NCBI GenBank assembly: GCA_002269645.1
Contig: NIVC01001044.1
Coordinates: 34,641 to 98,640, forward strand
DNA: 64,000 nucleotides
Origin: Macrostomum lignano
Lineage: Eukaryota
Reading direction: 5' to 3'
Shown here piece after piece: positions 34,066-45,400 of this stretch. The first letter of the stretch is position 1. Every line of letters begins with the position of its first letter. The notes beneath the pieces were generated by a model. The model made no database searches, was not told the origin of the DNA, and saw only the letters and a program-made list of their open reading frames with translations. The position numbers and the translations under genes were made by a program.

Positions 34066-34079
34066 GTCTCCATGGCAAC
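34066..34079. promoter_or_regulatory. RFX-type X-box motif GTCTCCATGGCAAC
   Basis: Exact fit to the consensus GTHNYY-AT-RRNAAC; 100 bp upstream of the WSC exon. Function not shown. Confidence 0.35.
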
Positions 34080-34179
34080 GCATCAATAAGGCTGCTGTTA
34101 TTTAGCCTCTCGCACCGATTCAGCAATCTTCTGCTTAATGCCAAACTGACAAACCCAGCCTGGCCATGCCTCTCTGCAG

Positions 34180-34410
34180 GATCCTCTGCGCTGCTCCGAG
34201 GTGTCTCCGAGTGACGAAGGCGGCACCGCTTTTGTCCACAGCTTCTGGATAATGACTCATGAGCTGTGCAGCAGCGTCTGCGCTCTGGGCGGCTTCCAGT
34301 TCGCGGCTCTGCAGGCCATGTACTGGTGCACATGCGGCAACTCCTACGGGTCGCAGGGCGCTGCTCCTGACTCGGCCTGCTCCTTTGCCTGCAGTGGAAC
34401 CTTTCATAAT
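34180..34410 (+). CDS. WSC carbohydrate-binding domain exon (partial; rest of gene not located)
   Basis: MTHELCSSVCALGGFQFAALQAMYWCTCGNSYGSQGAAPDSACSFACSG fits the WSC pattern MT-x-E-x-C-x3-C...A-x-L-Q...C-x-CG...C-x3-C-x-G; cag acceptor at 34177-34179, possible gt donor at 34411. Confidence 0.6.
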
Positions 34411-36104
34411 GTAATTCAATTCCTTGTTAGTAATTGCCTGTATTCATATTGTATTCGAATTCCTATAATTCATAGTAGTAACCAAAGTCTTTAGATATAC
34501 GCTCGTAATTGCGGACTTACTCTTAGTTTTTTTCCGTGACTATTTGAATGCTTTTTTCGACCATGAAATAGATTCAGTCTTCACTGCAAGAGACCGTGTT
34601 AACGGCCTGTCCTGAATCAATGTAGGCCCGTTAACATAACCAAAACAACAAAAAGGCGCTCTCTCTGGGGAGAGACCGCACAGAGAAGAAAATGAGGAGA
34701 AATTATGCGAGTCGCTACTTAGTTAGAGTTTCAAGTAAAACGGACCGAACATGGGGCTCGGGACCCAAACGGGAGTATTTATGTCAGTAAACTATGGGAG
34801 GGGTGGAGAGCAAGTGAGAGTTAGGAGGGAGTTTGTGGACGGAGGCAAGATTAAAGAGCCAATCAAACTAACCGTACCAATCGGCTGGATAAGTCTGAGT
34901 CTGATACCGACTGAACGAAAGTGAACGCAGAGTAATTTTCTGAGTCAACTTTTCTGGTTCTGAAATTCAACAAATTTAATTTACGAGAGTTTTTATATTT
35001 TCCATCGCAAAGTTTCAATGTAATCTTTTTGGTAGTCTTTGTGAATACCTTTCTTGAGGAAGAAATTCGATTTCTGCTTTTGATTATTCTAGAATAGTTG
35101 TTGTGTATGCAATCGGGTCTTTGTGGAATAACTGTAAAATCTTTTCTAAAGCTTTCTCCATTCCTCACAAACAGGACTAACTAGACTAAATTATTAGGCT
35201 AATCTCTATTTTAGACCTCTGAGCTCAAGGAATAGAATTTTATTGTAAACTAGTGCGTAAACTCTCGGGTACGGACCAAGTTCAGATCCCGGAGAAAAGA
35301 CCTACGTGAGGTGACAGACGACCATGTGCCGCAAGAAGAGGAGTCTGCAACAGTTATAGATCACTGAAATGTGCTCGCAGACTTGGAAGTGGCCCAAGTC
35401 CATACTTTTAGACATTAAACCCAATTCTCTTTCTCTCTCTCTTCTCTCCTACTCATTCTCTAGTGTGCCAAAGGCGAACTCTTCACATACTCTTCTCTCC
35501 ACCCCGCCCCTCGCCACTTTCTGCCCTTCGATCTCCGTATAGTGCTCTCTCGGCAGGGTTCTGCCAACCCGCACTACTAAAGGCAGATATGCTGCAATCA
35601 TCTCATAACGGGTGCGGTGCGGCCAACTGGGCCGCCAGTCTTATCTATTCAATTGTATTCGGCCTCTTCTCAGTTCTTTTGTTAAACTGGATGCAAAAAT
35701 ATATCTCTGCACCCCTTTATCTTCCAGATATTATGCCAGGATGCATCCATTGCTAGGCCCAGGAGTACCGTACAGACGGAGCAGAGCACAGGCTATAATT
35801 TAGTGGCTGAAAAGTATATTATAACAAAATCTAGCTCTTCAAAATCCTGCCCAGGCGACAGTCGGGTGCGGTTTTGCTGGCTTGGCACAGAATCGTGCCA
35901 TAAGTAGTCCCGTCGTGGTTTTTAAAACAGAGTCGCTTTAATTTTCCTTTTCAAACCAATTTTGATCCCAGGTAAGCGTTGAAGTTTGAGCTTTTTACGA
36001 TTGTACGAGTATAAAATATTGCTTTTTGCTAATATTATTTTGACAAAAACACTACATTTTGACTCCATTGTTAGCTGATTCCTGCAACTCCTTGATTCAT
36101 CGCC

Positions 36105-36360
36105 TACAGTAACCCTACCCTACCCTACCTTAGGAGTAGAATTACCTATCCTACCTTACCTTACCCTACTTAAACCAAGCCTAACCCTACCCTAAGTTAT
36201 ACAGGTAGTGAGGTAGGGTAAGTAAATAGGGCAGTGTTAGGGAGGATAGGGTAGGTTATTTGATGGTTAGGCGTGGGTTCATATTTTAGTCACCGTACCT
36301 TATCATACCCTACACAGATTCCACCCTAACCTTACTCCTACCCCATCCTATCCTACCCAA
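36105..36360. repeat. Degenerate (ACCCT/ACCTT)n repeat with an internal inverted (AGGGT)n block
   Basis: ccctacccta.. (36105-36195), gtagggtaag.. (36203-36270), then ccct again (36290-36360). Confidence 0.7.
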
Positions 36361-36934
36361 AACTGAAGCTAACTTGTAGCTATACTGAACTCTAACTTGA
36401 AACCTACAAGGAGAGCTGGATTGTCCTGGGAATAGCATCAGTCTAATCTATAAATGCCAGTGTGCCAAGTATTATCGTGCCAGAAATTATCTAGACATTG
36501 TGAGACCCCATTTTACGAGTATTAAATTCCAATTGATTTTATGGACCCACACCCACCGAAATGGTTGCACTACGCGAAAATGATGCAGTACACTGCAAGA
36601 TAGCTACACTGCTATGGTACAGGTACAGATTTCACACTAGATGGCACCTAGTCATCAAAATCTGAAGCGTGAGACGATCACATTGACAACTGCTGTGAGC
36701 AGTAGAATAGTCTTTGCTTTGGTGCATTTCTTGCCTGGGGCAAACGAGCTGGTTAGAGGTTAGAACAGTGCGACTTCTAACTCAAGCGGTGCTTTCTTTT
36801 ATGCAATTGTCCGCGCCTGCTCCTCCTGCCGCCAGCCTGTCTGCGTCTGCAAGTTGAACCATTCTTAGCTTATTGGCTGAACCCCTTTATATCAGGTTTT
36901 TTTGTTTCCTGTTGTCTCCTGCTTGCAGAGAACA

Positions 36935-39235
36935 GACAGACCTTCAAACACACTGGCTCCTAGCTAATTGCCCTATATTATGAGTGTGCGGTTCACATCT
37001 CACATCTCAAGGCAGTGTATCAGATATGCAACAAGAGAGAATAGGCTCAATGCAAAGCAATCAATAGTTTGACCAGGGTAGGGCTAGCGCTCGTGAAGCT
37101 TGACGTTATTAGACAACCATCAACCCCCTACCCTCTAAAAGCAAATTTGCTGCGAGTCTTTTGTGTCTCGTACATTGTGGCTGTTCGCTTGGCTCTCAAA
37201 CCTCAGCTTCGTTATCATCCTTTTTGTATTAAGGTCGGCTGGTCCGGAGCTGGTCTGCCTCTCGATATCTGCGGTCGAGGCAAGTAGAGTCCGTTGTTTC
37301 TTCGCTCCGATGTAAGAGCGCCTTTCCAGTGCTTATTCTCATTCTCATAGTGTATTAACTGGCTATTTGAAAGTGCGAAATTAACCAAACCATTCGGTTA
37401 TTCAACTGCAACTGATGGCTAGAGTACAGTACTACTAGTAGTATAGTAATGGGTCGTAGTAGCTTAAATAGCTTCGCGTATCAGACAAAGATACCTCAGC
37501 TTCGAATCAGTTATTAGTAGAAGAATTCAATAAGATGAGAAAGAGGAGAGAATGAAAAGTAGAGGTTCCCGTGCAGCAATCTGACGTTGCTGACAGTACG
37601 CTCATATATGTACTTTTACACTGCACTGACGTTCAGCCGATGCATGACGTCGGTGTAATGTAAAAGTACATATTTGTCACCGACGTCGGATTACTCTACG
37701 GGCTTCGCTGTCCTCGTCCACCGAATGATCCTTCGGGTCCTCCAGGACCAACGGCGGGACCAACGGATGGACTTTTCGATGGAAAGCTTCCTACAGAGAA
37801 ACTTCCAGCAGGTGCGGCCATGCAATGGACTTTAAAACAAAAGAACAACAGTGGTAGCCCCACTAGCACAATTCGCTGTACTTACGTTTTTTTATATAAT
37901 TACCTGAGAGAATCTTAGAGATTATGGTTTTTAATTCTAATTCTGCTTTTTCAGTTTCAATTTTCATTCTTAGAACATGGAAAATACTCATAGTTATATA
38001 GACACGCGGCGGAGTACGGTCTCTATCTACATGTATCTCTGAAGTCTTTGGCCAGCCTCCCAAATACATAGTTGCTGGGCCACCAACCTCCCAGATGTTT
38101 AACTGCTGGGCCACCAGCCTCCCAGATCCTCAGCTGCTGGATATTCAAATTCAAGATTATTACGCTCGTAAATCAATCAAGTTACTTTCTCTTTCTAAAT
38201 AGCGTTCATGTGTTTAATTATCCACAAAACGTTTTTTTAATATTAGTATTGGTATTAATAAATTGGCCATCCGCAACCCCCGTTGCTTAGGCAACAAAGA
38301 AGAACCAAATTATAAAATACATATAGGTTTTGACCTAGGGTACAGTCACGATTGTTAATTACTTAATTAAAAATTATTTGTAAAAGAAAAAAGCCCTAGC
38401 TCAGAAAGCCTGAGATATCAGCATACTCTATGAACTTTGGCTCAAGATAAAGCATAAAAACAACACCCAATGAGCCGCAATCCTCTCATAACCCTTGACA
38501 TCTCAGAAATCCCCCATGCCATGAGTCTTGACATCATAGTGGTTCCTCCACGAGTCTTAAGCGTTTCTTTTATGGTTGAACCTTAAGCCCCTAGCCCAAT
38601 AAGCCACGGTAATTTAGAACTTCCGCCCATCGTAGGGTCCATACGACTCATTGGGGGAATTACTGTAATGTCAAGGCTTGTTTAAACTCTGTTGCTCTCG
38701 GGGGTTGCTCAGATACTTTGAGCCACAGCTCACTGGGGGATGCTGATATCCTAAGCTAGAAAACTGTATAACAGTTGTTATTCCTGTTATCTTCTGCTCA
38801 CAAGTCAGAAAGACTTTCTAACACACCTGGCCTCTAAGGGCCCTGTTATGAGTGTGAGGCTCACATCTCCGAATCTCTCTCTGTGCCGCAAATTATTCAA
38901 GACAGTGTATTTTATAGTCAAGCAAGCAAGCTGGTTTAGTTGACAAAATGAAGAGCAATGCATAGTTTGAGCGGGGCAGGGTTATCGCTCGAGCATTTTT
39001 CTCTGTCCCGTTGTTAGGCAACCATACCACCCCCCCCCCCAATAAAGCATTGCTGCGAGTCTACTGTGTCACGCGTTCGCAGGTTGCTGGCTTGGCCTTC
39101 GAACCTCAGATTTGTTATCTGTCCTTTAGTGTAAAGCTGGTCTGGCTGGATAGAACCGGTCGAGACGAGAGGAGGCCGTTGTTTTTTCGCTTCGATGTAA
39201 GCACAATTCCAGTGCTTACAAACTGGCTTTCGGGG
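36935..39235. repeat. Pair of diverged ~430-bp direct repeats (~36935-37370 and ~38810-39235)
   Basis: Shared collinear blocks: ttatgagtgtg-gg-tcacatctc, tgctgcgagtct--tgtgtc-cg, aacctcag, ccgttgttt-ttcgct-cgatgtaag, ttccagtgctta. Confidence 0.7.
37583..37687. repeat. Nested palindrome / tiny foldback element
   Basis: 27-bp inner arms 37606-37632 / 37647-37673 (3 mismatches) plus outer 13-bp arms gacgttgctgaca / tgtcaccgacgtc. Confidence 0.75.
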
Positions 39236-40054
39236 CTGATGCTTTATTTGCTTAGAACATTATTTACATTAGGATGTTAGAAGGCTTAAAGCATACATGT
39301 AGTTAGTTCAAAAATTCTGTTGTGTCTTCTGTTTTTAATGACAAATCAAAAAGCAAGTCTGGAACTTAAAATGTTAAACTAACCAGCCGATCTTCGGCTC
39401 TTGTTTTTTTATTATTTATTTCCTGCAAGCCTAGCTTGCTCTCGTTACGCGTAGAAGCGTACGGTGCGCTGGGAAGCAAATCATTTTGTTTATGGGTCGG
39501 CTTGACTTATAGCCACAACAAATTCTTTGTTTCCATCACAGATACTAAAAACACAATTTTTATTTTTTTATTATCTATGGTTGCCACCCCAAATGGAGCG
39601 CAGATTTCTGTAGTGTTAGTAATATAGCATTTTTCAAGCCAATTGAGCCTAGGAGCAAGCAATTTATCCTGTGGGAAAATAAAGCTACTGAAAACTTGCT
39701 TTTCATTATCTAGCTCGTATGGCTAGAAAGGGGTCTATGGAGCAACCAATTTGAGAATCTGGGCGCGCAATTAATCTTTTTCACAGTGCTCGTATATCCT
39801 TTACGAATAGCTTAACTGAAATAGCGTCTGCAAATAGATGGCATATCAAAAAAACGATTGACATTAGCACTTTGATTTCAGAGGAGCCAGTCAAAACAGA
39901 CAAAGGCAACACCATGCCATACAGTATAAGCCGAGAACAATCGTGTCTCTCAAAACAGTGTTAGACATATTGAAATCAAACCCGATCAATGTTCAGAGAA
40001 TTTCTTTCTCGTTTAAGCAGCCCGGGATAAAGCGAAGCATCTGCCGAAGCCTAC

Positions 40055-41468
40055 TGTGACGTTGCCAGTTTCAGTAGCCCCGCCAGGGGCCGTTTTGACA
40101 TACGGTACCAATCTTTAATATTACCAGTTCCGTATTCCCATGTCTGCTTAAAGTAGTGCCCTAAGAATTTTAATCAACTGCGTACAATTTTAAACTCTGC
40201 GTACAGCGCGTGATCAATAATTTCTGTTCCTGTTTTTCGCAGTCAGCCAATAGAAATACGCCGCATTAATTATACTAATTTCTCTCGCGCTACCCCCCCC
40301 CCCAGCCCGGTCCTTATCAGTTCTGTCTGGCCGTGCGCTCGGGCCTTTTTCACCCTTCGCTCCTTCCCGCGACTCTACTCGGCTCCACTCCGCTCCACTT
40401 CGCTCCGCCGCCACCCTTGTGAGCCCGTGTAGTCTGTAGGCCCTGGCCGCCTCTACTTTGTTTTTCTCTCTCTCTCTGCCTCACTTCGCCACGACTTAAG
40501 CTACGCCTTTGCCAGCCTCAGTCACGCCACTCCTACTGTTTGTTAAGCTCTCACTACGAGCACCGCCATCGTACATCCTCTGCCATTACTTCGCCATCAT
40601 AGTCTCAGACTCATCAACCTACTCAGCCTTCCACCAATTAATTTATTGTTGCGTAGCCACCAGTGCATCTTGTACGAAGTCAACCAATACTTTGACCTGC
40701 CTCTTGTGTGACGAATAAAGGCGGGAAGACGTACGGTTTGTGTAGCGGTTAAATTTAATAATCTAGAGCCAGTAGCCGACTTCCCTTAGCGTAAATTGCA
40801 GATTTCAGATTTGGTATGTTGAATTGAAGGGTTTAGATTGGTAGCTGCTTAATTTTAGTGCGACTAAAGCAATTGAATGCGACAGCTAAGGGGCCCGCGA
40901 GAAGCGGAGCGAAAACCCAGGAGTGAAGGGAGAGAGCGGCGGCTGACTGCAAGCGTATATTTAATTAGTAAGGTAAACAGATAACAAACAACAGCACCCC
41001 TAATCCAAAACCCAGACAAACCCCCCACGCGGCGCGCAATGTACATGTACAAATTAATCGATAAATATATCATGCGAGAATAACATACGTCAGTACATGT
41101 ACATAGGTAGAACTACTTTACGAGAAATAATAACGATATGAATGAAATACAAATAATAGAATAAATACATACGAGGCTACAAAAACAAAGAAATTAACAG
41201 TAAAAAATAGCGCGATAATAATACGTACGAATATTGTTAAAATAAATGAAAGAATACTGTAGTAGTACGGTATGCATATGAAAATAAAGAAATACGATAC
41301 ACGCTTCTACGAATCACACTGTCACAGTTGATTATAAATAATCAACAAAGTCCGCGGCCATTGCCCGCATCAATCGCCATCATTGCCAAGTGCTACCGCT
41401 ATTAATTTGCCTCTGCCGTATTCGCCTTCATCGATTATTTCCGAGACCGCCACACGTATATCGTCACA
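40055..41468 (+). mobile_element. Solo LTR, family 2 (TGTGACGTTG...TCGTCACA), with perfect 5-bp TSD CCTAC
   Basis: cctac flanks at 40050-40054 and 41469-41473; homologous to 54252-55160. Orientation is arbitrary. Confidence 0.85.
40707..41326 (-). mobile_element. Solo LTR related to the Gypsy element at 21162 (diverged subfamily), inserted in the family-2 LTR
   Basis: Reverse complement of the family-1 LTR: near-identical over the AT-rich 5' half, diverged in the 3' half; flanks cttg / gttg (imperfect 4-bp TSD). Confidence 0.9.
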
Positions 41469-41781
41469 CCTACCACCGCATTTGGCTCATCCACTGCATC
41501 TTGGGCTGTAGCAAAACTTTCGTCACTGCTCTGCTCGCTAAATTCTTCGTCTGCCATATCTATGTTTGTCTAATGAAATCTTTTATTTTCTATTTTCTAT
41601 GGTCTAAGGCTTGCAAAACTTTGAAAAGGATTCATAGCGCCTAGATTCTCAAATTTGTTGCTCCATAGACCCCTTTCTAGCCATAGATAATGAAAAGCAA
41701 GTCTTCAATAGCTTTATTTTCCCACTGAGGATTACATTGCTTGCTCCTAGGCTCAATTGGCTTGAAAAATGCTATATACAG

Positions 41782-42186
41782 TATTGGTTTTGTCAGCCTA
41801 ACTGAGAATAAAGCCATCCAAAGTGAGAATCCTGCCTACGCTGACTGCGAAGGGCCTGGCTGCGTGCAGCCTTAGTCTTTGGGCCATAGACTATAAAGGA
41901 CAAGCAAAGTGATAAAAAGCCATCCAATGTGAGAATCCTGCCTACGCTGAATACGAAGGGCCTAGCTGCGTCCAGCCTAGTCTATGAGCCATAGACTATA
42001 AAGGACAAGGAAAGTTTTAAAAGACCAATCGATTCTCACATTGGATGGCTTTTTATCACTTTGCTTGTCCTTTATAGTCTATGGCCCATAGACTAAGGCT
42101 GCACGCAGCCAGTCCCTTCTCAGTCAGCGTAGGCAGGATTCTCACTTTGGATGGCTTTATTCTCAGTTAGGCTGACAAAACCAATA
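41782..42186. mobile_element. ~400-bp foldback MITE with ~150-bp TIRs and an internal ~103-bp tandem duplication; TA TSD
   Basis: tattggttttgtcagcc...ccaatgtgagaatc mirrored by gattctcacattgg...ggctgacaaaaccaata. Confidence 0.85.
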
Positions 42187-42437
42187 TTAATCACATAAAT
42201 ATGAAATTTAGAAACGGAAAAATATGGTTTACATAATATACGCTCGTATACAGCGTACGTAAAATATATTTTATTAGTCTGTTGTTTTAGTTAATGTTTT
42301 AAGACTAGATACTTAAGATGTGTTTTTATTTCATTTTCATCAAAAAAGGTATTAACAAAAACAGCACGCATAAATGATAGAAAAGTAGCCTATAATTTTC
42401 TCATTTTTATTTGAACAGGAAATAGTGGCTGTCAGCT

Positions 42438-45400
42438 ATGTCTACTATTGCCCAGGTCGGCGGTATTCGTAAAAGTTCAAGCAGCTCAGTCTCAGATTCA
42501 ACTGAAGTGGACAGGCACTCATCTGACGGTTTCCACTTCGGTTCCCGTTTAGAGACTGACTACAATATTGATGAATTTTTGATGGGTCTCTTCAAGAAGG
42601 AAAATATTCCTGATAATCAAGATTCTGAGGATGACGAGGATAATGAGGATGATGGACTGCAGAAACGGCCGCCTCTGGATCACGGGTTTATGGACGATCT
42701 GCTGGTTTATGTACTCGATGGAAAGTTGGATGACGCGGTTAAATTTGTTGAAACCAAGCCCGCCCAACAGCTTGGGCTGCAACACGACAAGCACCAGAGA
42801 TCTGCCGCTCACTATGCTGCAATGAGGGCTGAAGGAGCAGAACTGCTCAAGAAATTAGTACAAAAAGTGGGTACTTCTTGTCTGAAGCATGAAGACTGCA
42901 ACTTGGTAACTCCACTTCAATATGCTGCTCAGAACTATTCACTGTGGCAGTTTAAGGATCTATTTCCAGGTGCGGAACAAGAGCTGCGGAGCTCAACTCA
43001 TAGAAATAAACTCGGAGACACGCTGGCCCACTTTGCTGCTAGAAACACTGGAGATAAAGAAGTCATCAAAGCGGTGCTCCACGGCAACAAGCCAGATCGG
43101 TTGTTTTGGCCAAACAACAGAGGCCGCACGGTGCTGCATGAGGCCGTTGAGCACTGCAGTGCCGAAACTGTGAAGGACCTACTTAGCTTCATCTCAGTGG
43201 GCCTGGGAGGTGAGAACAATGATGAAGATACCCAAGGCTCCTTAACAACCAATGATCAGCAACAGGAAGGAGAAGACGAACCGAGTACAAGCACAAACCA
43301 AAGGAAACAAAAAGTATCGCAGGAGGTCATTCAGAAAATGAAAAATCTGAAAGATTCCACCGGAAGCACACTGGCCCACTGCGCCTCTAGGAACCGAAAT
43401 ACCAACCGCGATGATGGCGAAGTGTTCCTGGAAGTGAAACAGCTATTTGGCAATGAGTGCCTTAACTGGGAGAACTCAATGAATCAGACAGTGCTGCAGG
43501 CAGTTATCCAGTACAGCTCAAGCAGCACGGCTGAACAGATGGTAGATGCTTTCGGTACAGAAAATGCAGATCAGTTTTTCACGCATACGGATGAGTCTAA
43601 AAACGGTTACCTTCACTTTGCCACGATGTACAAAAAAGTAAACACATTTGGAAAGATATTATAGAGCTCATGAAGAAAGCTCGCGTAGGCGAAAAGGAAG
43701 ATGAGCGCATAAAGCAAATTTGTGACAAGCCCAATGTCGACGGCCAAACAGTTTTGCTCCTTGCGGCCGAAAACGAAGATGAAATATCGATTCTGAAGGA
43801 GGAACTTCCCTTAGATGATTGGGGGAAAGTGACTGGTAAGCGCGACAATAGAAACAGAAACATGCTTTTCTACGCCTGCATGAACTGGAATTTCTCAGTT
43901 TTTGAGTTTCATTCAAACGAAGCAGACATTACGGTTTTCACAGAAGTCGATGCCGATGGAAACAGTCTTTTACACGCTCTGTTCATGAATCCCAACAACG
44001 ATATAGAAAATTCTCTACCTAATTTTTTTAAATTTCTGAAATTCTTTGCTGATAAAACGGCTGATGGAATTAGGCAGGAAAACAATTTGGGAAAAAACTT
44101 TCTTCACTGCTCCCAGATAAATGAGGAAATTCTGATTAAAATTTTGACTGACGCAAATGAACATCAAATGGAAGAAAAATTGAAACAAGTTTTTCTGAGC
44201 AAGGAAGGCGTTCACTTAGTTCACGAGTTCGCATGCAGGTACAACCTGGTGAAACTGATGAGACCCCTTTCTGAGATTGCTGGAGTGAAGAAAGCCGAAC
44301 TGCGGAGCAAAAAAGTCGAGAGAGGTCCCTACAAGGGTGCAACCTGCCTGCACTTCGCCTGCCGGGCCGGTCACAAGGCCAACATTGCTTACTTGTTGAA
44401 AAAGAGCCTTAGTATCGACGCTAGAGACGACGATGGGCGCACTTGCGTAGATTACGCTCGCAGCGCGGATCAGCTGGAAAAGCTTGCGGAGGTAACGGGG
44501 AAATCAGAGCTGGAATTTCTTCGCCTTCTGGACCCGACTCGAGCAGCCTTAAAAGTACCTGACCGAGCCGCCGCCATGCAGTACATCAGTCAGATTGTCG
44601 ATCAGCCGGTGATAGATGAAGTAGGACGAGGCCAGTCACAAGTCATAAATGAAACACAGACAGACCAGCCCAAACATTCAACTGACGCATCAAGCAAGCC
44701 TTCGACTGAAGTCTCGGTGTTTAAGGCAGTCTGGAAGGATGGCTCGACCAGGGCGCTTCGAAGCGCACTTAAGCTAGACCCACTAAATTTAGATACTGAA
44801 GCAAAATTCATTCGGTATTGGGTGAAGAAGCATCCCAAAGATGAATGCATCGATGAAAACATAGAAGAGATAAGAATAGTTAACCTTGCGCTTAGACATG
44901 GGAAGCTCAATCTTCTCCCCGACCTCATTCTGACGAGGCAGTTTGAGCTGATTCCCAGCTGCATTCTGCTGATAATTCAGTTGAAGCAAAAAAAGGTCAA
45001 TACTAAGGTATGCTGCGACCAGCTAAAACGTCTTAAAAGCAAAGTCATTAGTATTGCTGTAAACACTGTGGACGAACTGTACACAAATGCGAACGGCAGA
45101 GAAGAGAGGCAGCTTTTATTCGACTACATTAAAGGTGAAATCGGAGGTCCAAAGTTTAGCATTGCCGACGAGGAGTCGCAACAGGCTCAGCAGCACACTA
45201 TTTTGGAACTGGTGGAAATAGCTGAATGCGAGGATCTGTACGCTGCAGACTGCATCTACAAACTGGCTAAAAAAGAATGGAAAAAGTCAAAAATCTGTGG
45301 AAGTCCAAGAGCTCACTTCGTATTTAGCTTGGCTATCTACATACTATTCATGCTATACTTTGCTTGGTTTATTACCGACTTTAGGAGGACATTCGATTCG

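Larger units (their letters stand above)
39623..41776. mobile_element. Non-autonomous DNA transposon with ~150-bp TIRs (tatagcatttttcaagcc...), host of nested LTRs
   Basis: 39623-~39770 is the reverse complement of ~41637-41776 with a few indels; TA-type ends. Confidence 0.8.

Noticed and set aside
36105-36360. Interstitial telomere or head-to-head telomere fusion
   Set aside because: Units are mostly 5-bp ACCCT/ACCTT rather than TTAGGG hexamers, and are highly degenerate; more like a repeat internal to a transposon.
43638-43664. 27-nt GT-AG micro-intron joining the two TRP ORFs
   Set aside because: Far shorter than other introns here (about 60 nt or more); a single missing A in the adjacent A6 run gives a more natural continuous reading.
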